In this document: positions 17,301-26,160 of the stretch, in pieces
How the letters are laid out: each line of letters opens with the position of its first letter
Position numbering within the stretch: the first letter of the stretch is position 1
IMG/VR virus record: IMGVR_UViG_3300038674_000077
Coordinates: 1-29,041 of that record
Length of the DNA stretch: 29,041 bases
Source: a virus
Taxonomy: Duplodnaviria > Caudoviricetes
Direction: 5' to 3' (one strand)
Notes under the pieces: generated by a model
Told to the model about the DNA's origin: nothing
Database searches by the model: none
What the model saw: the letters and a program-made list of their open reading frames with translations, nothing else
Made by a program: the position numbers and the translations under genes

Positions 17301-19928
17301 CAAAGAAATGGCATCGTTGGCGTTGTTGCGTAAGGCACGGGCGTTGGCATCTACCTTTTCGGTAAATGACATTGTGGCCTTCGTTGCTTTTTTTGCAATT
17401 TGGTAATTTTGTTCTATTTTCTCTATGTATGCGTCTTGTGCGTTTTTAGCACTATTTATTTTGTCGATATATTTGTTAATAATATTCGTATCGCTAAACA
17501 AAGCAGAAGAAAGCCATTGTTTTGATACCGTAGATTCGCTTATGCCTATTGCCTTCATTCTATCTTGAATAAGAGAAAAGATTTTATCCAGGCCTTTTTC
17601 GTATTCTTTACCAGTCTTTCCTGCAATGAGCGTAATGTTTGACTCTACAATACTACCAACAATATCTGCAATAGCATCCGCGTTTTCTTGTAGTTCCTTA
17701 CTATTTGACTTCCAGGTAAAAAGTCCCAAGTTAGTACCAGTCATTGCGGATTTTAGGCGTTCTTGCAATTCTTTTCTTGCGTCTTCGGATTGCGTATCGT
17801 ATGTTTCTTGTGCCTTTGCAATTTGGTTCGCACGTTGTCTTTCCGCGCTTTCCGTTTTAACAAGTTCTATTGTTTGTTCAATAGCACTATTAACGTCGCT
17901 TCGTTTTGCATTCTCTTTATCAAGTTGAACACCATATTCGTCCGTAATGCTTGACAATTCCGAAAGTGTTTTCTTGTAAGTAGAGCTTGTTTCGCTTGTA
18001 CCTTCAAGTATCTTTTTGAAAGTGTCAATCTTTTTTAATGTTTTCGTGCCGTTTTCTCCAAACAATTCAACTTCATGCGAAGCATCGTTAACTGTATTTT
18101 TAAACAAAACAAAGTACCCTATAACCGATGCAAGTAAAGATGCTGTTAATCCTAACGGGTTTGCTTTTATAGTAAGATTAAACAACGCCATAGCATCTTT
18201 TGCCGAACGTATGCTGCCAGCAAGAGAAAGCCAAGGTGCTACGCTTGTGGCTATAAAAGAAATGGCCTTATATGTACCAAGTGCAAAGATAACGGTTTCT
18301 ATTGTTCTTGCTATTTCACGCCAATTCTCAAATATCTTTTTTAAAGTTTGAACCGAACCGACCAACAGACCTTGATTGCTTGCGCCAATTTCATTATACA
18401 TATTGTTCATTGCAAGCGTAAGGTTGTTCATTTGCACTTTTAATGTTTCTGCTTGCTTCGCTTGATAATCAAAGAACTTACCACCATCGTCAGTCATCTT
18501 ATACAAAACTGAAAGCACATCAGAATACGACACAAGTTTCTTTGACATCATATCATAAACTTGTGCCGTCGTTACCATTTCGTCTCCAAAACGTTTTTGT
18601 TCCGTGTACATTTGTGCAAGCATTGGCACGATAGCCAAACCAGCGTTTGCAAAGTCACGCGCATCACGCGCATTTAATACACCTTGTGCCTTAATCTGTC
18701 CCAAGTTGTATGTAAGACGTTCCATCGGTACGCCCAAGGCCGCAGAAATGTCCGCAAGGCGGCGCGTGGTGTCTACAACTTCATCTGCCGCAAAGTTGTA
18801 TGCAGTAAGTTGCTTTGCCGTAGTACCAAGTTCCACGAGAGTAAATGGTGATTTAATAGCCATTTCGTTTAGTTCTTGGAATATCTGTGAACCTTTTTCA
18901 AAAGAATTAACAAGTACTCCTAAAGAACGTTCAAGCATTTCGTATTCACCACGAACCTCAAACACTTGTTTAGTAAATTTAGACAAAGCGCCCAACGTAA
19001 GCGCGTAAACTATTCGATTTCGTATGTAGCCAAAAGATCGTGCAAGGTAATTGTTTGAACGAATTACTTGAGCATTCTTACCAAGCAGCGATGTTTGTAA
19101 CTTGGAAAGACGTTGGTATTCATCGCCTAATTGCTTGACTTGTGCAGTATTTTGTGGGTCAACGGTCACTTTCTTTAAAGCGGCCATTTTCTTTGCAATA
19201 GCATCAACACTCGACTCGTCCATACCCAACACATCTTGAATAGACGTAGGCTTCTTTTGGCGCAATTTGTCTATTTTTTCTTGTGTGGTTTGGATTTGTG
19301 CGTTAAGGCGATTCCATTGCGTTTGGTCGAGAATACCCTTGCCTTGGAACTTTGCCGAAAGACTTTGTAATTGTTGCAATTTCTTTTCAGCATCGGCCAA
19401 TCCACGTGCTGGCATGGTGAAAGCCTCTTGCAATTCCTTTTTAGCTGCTTGTGCGGCCTTTACTTGGTCGCTTGTGGTTTCACCCTTTAACTTGGCCTTT
19501 TGTTCCTCGATAAGTTTGTTTTGGTCACGCAATGCATCACTACCAAGTGTCATTTCCTTACGGCGTTTTTCCTCTAAGGCAATGATTTCTTGCAAGTGGC
19601 CTACGGTATTGTCGGCATATTGTGAATTACCGCCACCCGTACCGCTATTATTTCCGCTACTTGTGGCGTTTTGTTGAGCCTTTAGCATAGCATCGAAAGA
19701 TGCAGACATTTGTTTCCATGCGTCTTGCATCAAATCAACGCTAACCTTTTGAGTTATGGCAAAATCTTTCATGGCCGATTTCATCTTTTCCATAGCCACG
19801 TCGAATTTGCCAGCCATTATGGTTGTCTTATCGCCTACGTAATCTACTAACTTGTCTATTGAATCGCGTAATTCCTTATCGGAAAGCGAGCCAACAATGA
19901 TTACATCGTCATTACTTGTATTTGGCAT
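14349..19928 (-). CDS. Tail tape measure protein
   Basis: 1859 aa, helical; KSPFTLVELGTTAKQLTAY..LADISAALG..LGQIKAQG tape-measure domain; follows the chaperone genes. Confidence 0.93.
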   Translation of the reverse strand: MPNTSNDDVIIVGSLSDKELRDSIDKLVDYVGDKTTIMAGKFDVAMEKMKSAMKDFAITQKVSVDLMQDAWKQMSASFDAMLKAQQNATSSGNNSGTGGGNSQYADNTVGHLQEIIALEEKRRKEMTLGSDALRDQNKLIEEQKAKLKGETTSDQVKAAQAAKKELQEAFTMPARGLADAEKKLQQLQSLSAKFQGKGILDQTQWNRLNAQIQTTQEKIDKLRQKKPTSIQDVLGMDESSVDAIAKKMAALKKVTVDPQNTAQVKQLGDEYQRLSKLQTSLLGKNAQVIRSNNYLARSFGYIRNRIVYALTLGALSKFTKQVFEVRGEYEMLERSLGVLVNSFEKGSQIFQELNEMAIKSPFTLVELGTTAKQLTAYNFAADEVVDTTRRLADISAALGVPMERLTYNLGQIKAQGVLNARDARDFANAGLAIVPMLAQMYTEQKRFGDEMVTTAQVYDMMSKKLVSYSDVLSVLYKMTDDGGKFFDYQAKQAETLKVQMNNLTLAMNNMYNEIGASNQGLLVGSVQTLKKIFENWREIARTIETVIFALGTYKAISFIATSVAPWLSLAGSIRSAKDAMALFNLTIKANPLGLTASLLASVIGYFVLFKNTVNDASHEVELFGENGTKTLKKIDTFKKILEGTSETSSTYKKTLSELSSITDEYGVQLDKENAKRSDVNSAIEQTIELVKTESAERQRANQIAKAQETYDTQSEDARKELQERLKSAMTGTNLGLFTWKSNSKELQENADAIADIVGSIVESNITLIAGKTGKEYEKGLDKIFSLIQDRMKAIGISESTVSKQWLSSALFSDTNIINKYIDKINSAKNAQDAYIEKIEQNYQIAKKATKATMSFTEKVDANARALRNNANDAISLYNRVYEIVKLAQENHVINFDLKLTAQKPPQWMQKMSLPKLQELAARFTAIAQSGGRAKGYNQEQTYERGLMYASAARQKQYEEERKALEDRNKKNNRNRSGGSKGRKNDNILDALKEEISFVKKLQSEYDKLTKSGVNSADAIAAMQDAYGSTLRLLNKDLQKFGLPRIELSNILGKNPHEILAVFTELRNILESKGLSNLERMKAVDGVIEELKVSAKTYDMKKVTDGLNSELGKIKDEYELAIELDANPELGDTFADMFGVNTSALPKTFGDALDRAQTIINRTLSEMNITTPFDLMEGNIDSFAKSTGIDKDGAVIKELVSAQKSYRDMFKKNITETEKVLDDYVKKYGDYSDKIAEIEADKLEKIKKLNDAYYTNEMRQRPEYIAKLNAIEEGARKEKSNVKFDDFKNLRYYTMIFENLDYVSTKTIRDMRDRLRDLIDSMNDLTPEQLKQVMNQYEKLEQKLVKRSPFKTLTKDLKNYLKTSGDRKAANEAFRNAQKEYDAQEKNVAALKEKYEQTKANNNTSQNYLDFLKIEINGESKILQILKEQLDAAQKKADKYNLIKKLALEELSQTATMVAENLKGLAELRDQMNELFGVDASKGETLLGHKIDGMIDGLAKASDGISKVTSSAQSSNVFGVVGGVVDVFTGIGDGIASLFGDGSARTKRINKEIAKSVETVRQLNMAYKELDAVVNNAMGAQELRARREQVANKQAQLEDLKRQMQLEKSKRSKDRNDDAIKQYQESIQDLELEIAELKKDIVSTLLGGDIKSAAESFVSTWVDAWRQGGDTMDALNEKFDDMIDNMIAKSVASYLVSKRLQKIFDEVDKLTDETSEGGPEITMNELKRLKNLIGDKSIAEQINDDLANLYGALGIAFGVNSEQEKNLSALRQGIAGVSEETASAVEAYLNGMSQQAYLRNNLLVQIRDTIMSFDMDVQLGVFSQMLLQLQNNYIVMQSMQSMMEGWTTPSGQGIRVELIS

Positions 19929-19960
19929 ATCTCAGGTATATATATATTGTCCGTAATAAA

Positions 19961-20345
19961 CTACTTATTTTCTTTCTTTTCCGTTCCCTTACGACGCACG
20001 GGGATTTCAATTTCCTCGCCTTCTTTAAGGTCATCGTGAACGCCCAAGCCAGACATAAAGTTTTCCAACTTTTGTTGTGCATCGTAAGCGGCTTTGAAGT
20101 CGTTCCACGCTTTTTTGTCCGCACCTTTAAGGTACTTTGTATGGGTGTTATCCACCGCCATGAATTGTATTTGCGCAATGCTAAGACGATATAGGTAATC
20201 ATCAAGGCGATATTGCGTGAACACTTTTAGGAAGTCTGCTGCGTCCGCAATGATTGTGCTTCCATAAATAGTGATGCTGTCTCCTCCGATTTCCGCTTCC
20301 TTGTCAGAAGTGAATCCGAAAGCGTACTCACCGATTTTTTGATTA
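19961..20345 (-). CDS. Tail assembly chaperone -1 frameshift extension (lambda gpGT-like)
   Basis: Open -1 frame overlapping the chaperone 3' end, entered at a T9 run and ending just before the tape measure gene. Confidence 0.75.
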
Positions 20346-20805
20346 AAAAAAAACCAGACAAGTCTATTGACTTGATAGCACCTAACACGATAGCCGCCCA
20401 TTGGTTCGTGTCAAATGTACTAAGCATGACCTTTGCTTTCATCACTTGTATCAACTTGTCATTGCGTGACATCGTTTCGTCAACGTCATCATAAGTCTTA
20501 ATCTTATCGGGCGTAAACAGATGGTTGCAAAGCACAATGGCCATGATTTCCGACATAGCATCCAAATCGGTGCATAAGGCCGTTATAACCTTTTGGTCGG
20601 TATCAAGCGTTTCATCTGCATTGCGCATATCCATGACAAGCCTACAAATGCGATATAACGAATAATAACGCATATCCTTAACACGGTATTCCTTATCACC
20701 AAGTTTAACCAAGGATGGCGCATCATTGATTATATCCAATATGTCACGTTGTACGTCTATTGGAAATTCGGGTAAAACTCTTTCTTTGACTTCTTCTTGT
20801 TTCAT
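20227..20805 (-). CDS. Tail assembly chaperone (gpG-like)
   Basis: Lies between tail tube and tape measure genes and contains a slippery site. Confidence 0.78.
   Translation of the reverse strand: MKQEEVKERVLPEFPIDVQRDILDIINDAPSLVKLGDKEYRVKDMRYYSLYRICRLVMDMRNADETLDTDQKVITALCTDLDAMSEIMAIVLCNHLFTPDKIKTYDDVDETMSRNDKLIQVMKAKVMLSTFDTNQWAAIVLGAIKSIDLSGFFLIKKSVSTLSDSLLTRKRKSEETASLFMEAQSLRTQQTS
20344..20355 (-). promoter_or_regulatory. -1 ribosomal frameshift slippery site
   Basis: GGT TTT TTT TTA in the 0 frame; fits X XXY YYZ. Confidence 0.75.
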
Positions 20806-20826
20806 CTTTCCCTATTTGGATTTCGT

Positions 20827-20878
20827 AAAATTCAAAAGGGATGCGCCACTGGGTGACACCCCAATAAACGCACCCCTT
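20827..20878 (-). terminator. Intrinsic terminator/attenuator after the tail tube gene
   Basis: AAGGGGTGCG/CGCATCCCTT and ATTGGG/CCCAGT stems followed by TTGAATTTT. Confidence 0.7.
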
Positions 20879-20916
20879 ACGTTTCCGTGTTTAGCCTTAA
20901 ACTAATCGAGCACAAT

Positions 20917-21426
20917 TTAAGCCGAAGTACGTCCTACGAGCTTATACATGTGGTCAACTGCCTCCGCACCAGTTCCAGTGGTGTGAACCAAAGCGGTAAT
21001 GGTAACGGAATAGTTCAATGCGCCGTCGGCATCCTTCTTGATAGTACCAATGGTAAGACCGCGATAGATGTAGAGGGCTGCATGGCCACGGCCGAAATCA
21101 AGTTGCCAAGAGTGCTCGCTTGTGTAAGCGTTGGCCGCGCCCTCGTACTCCTCGGGTTTGGTGTCCAAAGCTGCGGTGTAAGTACCACCGAACAGGGCAG
21201 GCAACTCGGAAAGTTCGTAGTTAGCCAGCTCGAACGTCATAGTAACTGGGTTGCCATCATAGAAGATGTCAAACGGGCTGTCGTAGAACTCTGCCTCGAT
21301 TTCCGTGCTATCAGGAGCGTCCTGTCCGATAGAAAGACCTTTCAGAACACCCATCAACTTAGTGCTGGCGGTGCTGCCAACAGCACCGTATGAAAGGCTA
21401 ACGGCTTTTACAGTTGTTTTTCCCAT
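20917..21426 (-). CDS. Major tail (tube) protein
   Basis: 169 aa, position, LSIGQDAPDSTEIEAE and MTFEL beta pattern. Confidence 0.78.
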   Translation of the reverse strand: MGKTTVKAVSLSYGAVGSTASTKLMGVLKGLSIGQDAPDSTEIEAEFYDSPFDIFYDGNPVTMTFELANYELSELPALFGGTYTAALDTKPEEYEGAANAYTSEHSWQLDFGRGHAALYIYRGLTIGTIKKDADGALNYSVTITALVHTTGTGAEAVDHMYKLVGRTSA

Positions 21427-21466
21427 AATTTTTTTCCTTTCTATATTTTAATTTTACAAATAATAT

Positions 21467-21910
21467 TTATTCTTTGATACCGTCTAAAACGACAACGAAT
21501 GATTTTACGTACACATGATATTGGTTTCCCTTTTGCGTCGTTTCGTCAACGTCCATTGAAAGGACACTATCACCAAGTATATAGTATTCTTGGTTATCAC
21601 CGCTTGCAATGGCATCTTTGACAACTTGATTGATAGATGTTTCAAATGCCTTATATAACGTCTTATCTAAGCGTCCTCGTGTTTTCTTTGGAACGTAGGC
21701 CGTAATCGTACAACGCACCCAACCGTAGGCATCACAATCAAATTCAGAATCGTCATTCATGTTACCCACTTTCAACACTACAAAACCATCTTTAGAATCG
21801 CTTTCCGTCGTTTCTGTCGGTTCGCCCATACGGTAAACGTTCTTCGTAACAACGTCATAAACGAGGTTATAAAGATAGTCGTAAACGTCTATTCGTGAAT
21901 CGTTGAACAT
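21467..21910 (-). CDS. Putative tail terminator
   Basis: 147 aa acidic ORF immediately upstream of the tail tube gene; positional call. Confidence 0.6.
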   Translation of the reverse strand: MFNDSRIDVYDYLYNLVYDVVTKNVYRMGEPTETTESDSKDGFVVLKVGNMNDDSEFDCDAYGWVRCTITAYVPKKTRGRLDKTLYKAFETSINQVVKDAIASGDNQEYYILGDSVLSMDVDETTQKGNQYHVYVKSFVVVLDGIKE

Positions 21911-21929
21911 AATCCTTTGTTTTCTTGTT

Positions 21930-22451
21930 TTAATACTTTGGTTGGTTTACCTCAAATCGTACACGGCAAAGTGGAGATAATGCTTGCTTGATATGGTCGT
22001 ACCGTTGCGACATAACATCGAATTGGTAGCGTTTGCCATGAAACATAAATCCACCTTCAAGATAAGCACCGTAGGGGGCGCAGGCTGCAAAGACGATTTC
22101 CCATCCTTGTGTTTCGTCGGGTTTATAGATTTGAACGAATTTACGCGCTAATGCACGTCCGTTTACATCTACGCTAATCGACGGGCTGTATTCGTGCAAA
22201 ATGGACTTACCCTTTGCCATCTTATTGCCGTAGTAGCCATGTTTAGCCTTCTTTCCATTGTAATAGACAGCCCACACATAGGAATCTTGCAAGTTGATGG
22301 TTTGGTTTGTGAAAGCACGGGTTTCAACTAAACGGATAATCTCGCTTTCTGCAAAAGCTATAAGCCGTTCTGTTTGCTTATCGGCTATGTTGTTATACAT
22401 TTGCCTTGCCAATGTCTTTTTGTTGAATTTAACCCTTGTTTTCGTAGCCAT
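21930..22451 (-). CDS. Putative tail completion/neck protein (HK97 gp10-like)
   Basis: NQTINLQDS and APYGAYLE motifs; position; ATG at 22451. Confidence 0.6.
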   Translation of the reverse strand: MATKTRVKFNKKTLARQMYNNIADKQTERLIAFAESEIIRLVETRAFTNQTINLQDSYVWAVYYNGKKAKHGYYGNKMAKGKSILHEYSPSISVDVNGRALARKFVQIYKPDETQGWEIVFAACAPYGAYLEGGFMFHGKRYQFDVMSQRYDHIKQALSPLCRVRFEVNQPKY

Positions 22452-22453
22452 AG

Positions 22454-22792
22454 TTACCAAGCCTTGCGTGTAGAATATACACTTACGCCGCCTAATTGTG
22501 ACGGTTCGGCGTTATCTACAACAAATTCCAATGTTTCACCAAATCGGACTAACGAAATCTCATCACCTTTGCGAGGAACGATGTAGTTGCCTTTATCATC
22601 TTTCGTCAACGGCATGGAAATAACATAGGACGCGGTTTGTAAGGTGTTACCCTCGTTATCCGTAGTCATGTATTCATCCATAACGCCCTCGTAGATGACT
22701 ACACCAACATCATCTTCGTCACCTTGACCCTCTACATTGCGTCTTACAACGCCCATATAAGGATATTCGGATATTTCGTCGCGTAATGCCAT
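22454..22792 (-). CDS. Putative head closure protein
   Basis: 112 aa beta-rich ORF; positional call. Confidence 0.55.
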   Translation of the reverse strand: MALRDEISEYPYMGVVRRNVEGQGDEDDVGVVIYEGVMDEYMTTDNEGNTLQTASYVISMPLTKDDKGNYIVPRKGDEISLVRFGETLEFVVDNAEPSQLGGVSVYSTRKAW

Positions 22793-22797
22793 AGTGA

Positions 22798-23178
22798 TTA
22801 TAATTTGTCAACGTCCTCAATGGGTATAAACTTAATCTTGCGTCGTGCGCTTTCTAAGATACCTGCACGTTCATCACCGTACATCGTATAGATACGGATT
22901 GCGTATTTAATCTTTTCGTCTTGGTAGAAATCCTGCTCTTGGCCAATGGACTTTTGATAGCCGTTGTGAGATTGCGACGACGATGCGGTATTTGAAGGTG
23001 AAAGGAGAACGGCGGTGAAAATAATATCAGCCTCCATCAAATCCCTAAGACGCTTGGTAACGTTAGCACCATACACGTCATCGTAGGGCTGAACGCCACG
23101 GTCAAGGGCAATAACCTCAAAGTTACCTTCATCGAAACTGTAACGTGTTTTCCTTTTCAACCATTCAAGTACCGTCAT
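22798..23178 (-). CDS. Putative head-tail adaptor
   Basis: 126 aa directly after the capsid gene; SSSQSHNGYQKS hairpin-like motif. Confidence 0.6.
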   Translation of the reverse strand: MTVLEWLKRKTRYSFDEGNFEVIALDRGVQPYDDVYGANVTKRLRDLMEADIIFTAVLLSPSNTASSSQSHNGYQKSIGQEQDFYQDEKIKYAIRIYTMYGDERAGILESARRKIKFIPIEDVDKL

Positions 23179-23229
23179 CGTCGTATCAATCTTTTATAAT
23201 GAGCAAAATCTTTTCCCAATTCTAAAGGT

Positions 23230-24510
23230 TTAGTTATCCGCAGTTGTGGTGTCAACGACTACGTGATACGGGCTTTCGTCAAGCACGGTAGCGTAACGTC
23301 CGATGACATCGGTGTGGTAGGACTTCAACATACCATTAGGCGTAACCTTATTGATAATGTTCAAGAAACCTTGCACCTTTGCCAAAGAGAAGTCGATACC
23401 CTTGTTGACCTCACCGCTCTTCATCAGTTCAACGTCGGCGACCTTTGCGTGTACCAAGACACCTGCATAGCCAAGAGGACGGAGAACAACCACACCTGGA
23501 GCCCAACCCTTAACGGTAGTGTAGGTAGTGATACCTTGCACCACTTGTTGCTCGCGCACGATACGGATAGGCGAAATCTTGCTGATGGGTGAACGGGAAT
23601 AAAGCACCAGTTGCTCGTAGGTGATGGTGTCAATGTTGGTAGTCGATTTGCCGTTGGTGACAACGATAACCTTATCGGGCGCGTAGAGGGCAATGTAGCG
23701 GTTTACTTCCTTGATGAAAGCGGCGTTCTTCAAGAGAACGTTCACTACGATGTTCCAAGGAATATCCCACTCGAACGGTGTGCCGTCGGGAATGTAGTTA
23801 GCCTCCTTGAAATCAGCCTCAATCTTACGCATTTGTTCGGGAATGTCGCAATCATCCGCAGTCCATACCTTAGTACCAGCCTTCTTGTAGTTGGCAAGGG
23901 GAATGTATGCGCTTTGGTTAGCGACAACACCGCTAAAGCCTTGTGTGGTAGTAGTGCCACCAGCAACGTTTGTGACGTTGATAGTGTTACCGTATTGACC
24001 ACCGCGTGAAAGTGTCATAGCGGCCATGTGAGAAACGCGCAGGTTGTGCGTCTTTACAAGGTCGGCGACACAACGAACAAAACCGACAACGAGGTTTTCG
24101 TCGGCACCCAGCTCGCGAAGATGTGGTTGAAGTTCCAACTGAGACATAGAGGTTTCAAACAATCCCTTACCATATTGGTAGATAGAGCCAGTCTTTTCCT
24201 CCATACCCTCGGCCTCAAGTTGCATGGTTTCGGACAGCGGAGCCATAGCGTCGGCCATAGGCACGGTACGTCTGATGCCTTGCTTAACCGTCCAAGCAGG
24301 GTTCTTTTTAAGGTCGTTACGGTCGATGTCATACTCGTTACCCTCGACGCGGAAGTGATCTTGCCAGAAGAACGCATTTTCCTCGATTTCGATGGTAGAG
24401 TCAATCAGTGTTTGGAGGAAGCCTGCGTTAGCCCCATCCATAAAGCCCCTTTGATAAAGTTTTTCGATGGCCTCATCAGGGGTGAAGTGGAATTTAAGTG
24501 CATTTGCCAT
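23230..24510 (-). CDS. Major capsid protein
   Basis: 426 aa; position after scaffold and decoration genes; strongly biased codon usage. Confidence 0.8.
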   Translation of the reverse strand: MANALKFHFTPDEAIEKLYQRGFMDGANAGFLQTLIDSTIEIEENAFFWQDHFRVEGNEYDIDRNDLKKNPAWTVKQGIRRTVPMADAMAPLSETMQLEAEGMEEKTGSIYQYGKGLFETSMSQLELQPHLRELGADENLVVGFVRCVADLVKTHNLRVSHMAAMTLSRGGQYGNTINVTNVAGGTTTTQGFSGVVANQSAYIPLANYKKAGTKVWTADDCDIPEQMRKIEADFKEANYIPDGTPFEWDIPWNIVVNVLLKNAAFIKEVNRYIALYAPDKVIVVTNGKSTTNIDTITYEQLVLYSRSPISKISPIRIVREQQVVQGITTYTTVKGWAPGVVVLRPLGYAGVLVHAKVADVELMKSGEVNKGIDFSLAKVQGFLNIINKVTPNGMLKSYHTDVIGRYATVLDESPYHVVVDTTTADN

Positions 24511-24556
24511 ATCTTGTTTCCTTTCTTTAATTACGTGTTAATAATAGCGACGATGA

Positions 24557-25300
24557 TTAAATCCAGAAGATACCTTCGATAAGCGACTTGTTAAGTGCAA
24601 GTACGTACTTGGGTAACGGTTGCATCTTAGCAATCCCCGCCTGTTTGTTATAGACGCCCGAAACGCTATAATTAGCATTTTGGAAACCATAACCATCGGT
24701 GGGAAGCATATCACGGTCGGCCTCGTTGAATACGTTGGGCTTCGGGCAAAGAACAGGCGCAGAACCAGTGCTTTCGGTGTCTTTGGCCTTGTCAGCCTCA
24801 ACAAGAATAGTACCTGCATCAATCTTAGCGGTCGAAAGTTTGTTTTCAAGAGTGACCTCGAACTTTTGGTTTGTCTCGTCGTAGGTAACGCCCGTAACCT
24901 TTGCGTAAGTACCAGTGTAAGTGGTCTTAGTGACGGTAACAGCGCCTGTCGTGGTGTCTGCCGCCATAGATACAACCTCGGTATCATCGGGGGCAACCAT
25001 AAGGTATTGACCTACCTCGGGTGCGTCCGAATAACCATCACCATCAATGTAGATAGTGGTAGCGTTGGGTGCAGCATCGGCCTTCAACTTAAACGAGCGG
25101 AAAATCAGCATAGGTTGGCCAGGTGTGTACTGCATAAGTTGTGCAGCCCAAAGATGGCCAAATCCCTTGTTGGGGTTAGCGATAGTACCGCCAAGGAGGA
25201 TATTGTTACGGTTTTCGCCGTTGCTATCCTTTACCCACACCCAACGACCTCCGCGAAGTTTCTTGGCGGTCTCGAAAAAGTATTGGAGATTCGTAACCAT
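24557..25300 (-). CDS. Putative head decoration/auxiliary capsid protein
   Basis: 247 aa Thr/Ala-rich beta protein between scaffold and capsid genes. Confidence 0.6.
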   Translation of the reverse strand: MVTNLQYFFETAKKLRGGRWVWVKDSNGENRNNILLGGTIANPNKGFGHLWAAQLMQYTPGQPMLIFRSFKLKADAAPNATTIYIDGDGYSDAPEVGQYLMVAPDDTEVVSMAADTTTGAVTVTKTTYTGTYAKVTGVTYDETNQKFEVTLENKLSTAKIDAGTILVEADKAKDTESTGSAPVLCPKPNVFNEADRDMLPTDGYGFQNANYSVSGVYNKQAGIAKMQPLPKYVLALNKSLIEGIFWI

Positions 25301-25321
25301 AATTTTTTGTTATTTAAAATG

Positions 25322-25957
25322 TTATTGAACTTTCACTTTCTTTAGCGAAGCAATGAAGTCCTCGTCGCGCTTTTGCGTTTGTTGAGGTGCCAACGGTGCA
25401 ATGTCGCCAATGGAATCTTTGAATATTTCCTTAAAGCGCGTCACAAGTGCGTCGGCTTGCTCATTGTCTTCCTTATCCAACTTAACATCATAATCCGTCG
25501 CAAATTTCTCAAACGACGCATGCAGATTTTGTCGGATGCCTTTCTTGGCCAATTCCATGATGTTCTTGAACTTGGTGGTTTTCTTTTCACTGTCCATGAA
25601 CTTGTCATAAGCATCCAATTTGTCTTGAACCTCTTTAGGAAGTACAACCTCGTTGGGCTTTTGATTTGGTTTTGGCACTTTCTTTTCCATCTCAGCGATT
25701 TGGGATTTGTAGCCGTTTTCTTTCGTCTCAAATTCCTTGGTCTTATCCGTGATAATAAGGCTTGCACCACTAAAAGCGGAATTAAGCGCAAATCTCATGT
25801 CGCCAAGTGCCGTTTCATCGTCTGCTGCTGCGTCGGGATAACGCTTTGCGAGATGTTCAGCAAACTTGTCTTTAAAACCATCGGTGAGTGTCGCGTTGGT
25901 GTAACTTTTCTCGTTACAATAGTCGTTTACTTTCTGTAAAGCCTCTTCTTTTGTCAT
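25322..25957 (-). CDS. Putative capsid scaffolding protein
   Basis: 211 aa highly charged helical protein, first gene of the head operon. Confidence 0.6.
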   Translation of the reverse strand: MTKEEALQKVNDYCNEKSYTNATLTDGFKDKFAEHLAKRYPDAAADDETALGDMRFALNSAFSGASLIITDKTKEFETKENGYKSQIAEMEKKVPKPNQKPNEVVLPKEVQDKLDAYDKFMDSEKKTTKFKNIMELAKKGIRQNLHASFEKFATDYDVKLDKEDNEQADALVTRFKEIFKDSIGDIAPLAPQQTQKRDEDFIASLKKVKVQ

Positions 25958-26000
25958 AGTTTTCTACTATTTAAAATTTAAATAAACAAAATGTTTGGTG

Positions 26001-26029
26001 CAAAGATACTATAATTTATAATATTCAAA
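26001..26029 (-). promoter_or_regulatory. Promoter for the head/tail operon
   Basis: Minus strand TTTG-N17-TATCTTTG followed by CACC; spacer shorter than consensus. Confidence 0.65.
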
Positions 26030-26116
26030 AAATGTGTATTTATATTTTCTCTTTGAAAATCCTTATTTTTCAAATACTTTTCAAATACGTGGTCAAAAAC
26101 ACATTGAAACAATGTG

Positions 26117-26124
26117 TACCTTTG
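26117..26124 (+). promoter_or_regulatory. -7 promoter element for terminase/portal
   Basis: TACCTTTG followed by CA, 36 nt before ATG 26161; no clear -33 TTTG. Confidence 0.55.
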
Positions 26125-26160
26125 CAACAAGAAATTTCTTTTGGTTTAATAGGTTTGCGT

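Noticed and set aside
14506-19677. Many + strand ORFs opposite the tape measure gene
   Set aside because: Antisense shadows of a long coding frame; hydrophobic Ser/Phe-rich translations with no motifs
23263-25939. + strand ORFs up to 241 aa opposite the capsid, decoration and scaffold genes
   Set aside because: Expected from strong codon bias on the real strand; no promoter or motif support
595-26030. Shared near-palindrome (TTTTGAATATTCAAAA-like) at promoters near 595, 9811 and 26015 as an operator
   Set aside because: Overlaps the -33 element and A-rich spacer typical of Bacteroidota promoters; cannot be separated from promoter consensus by eye
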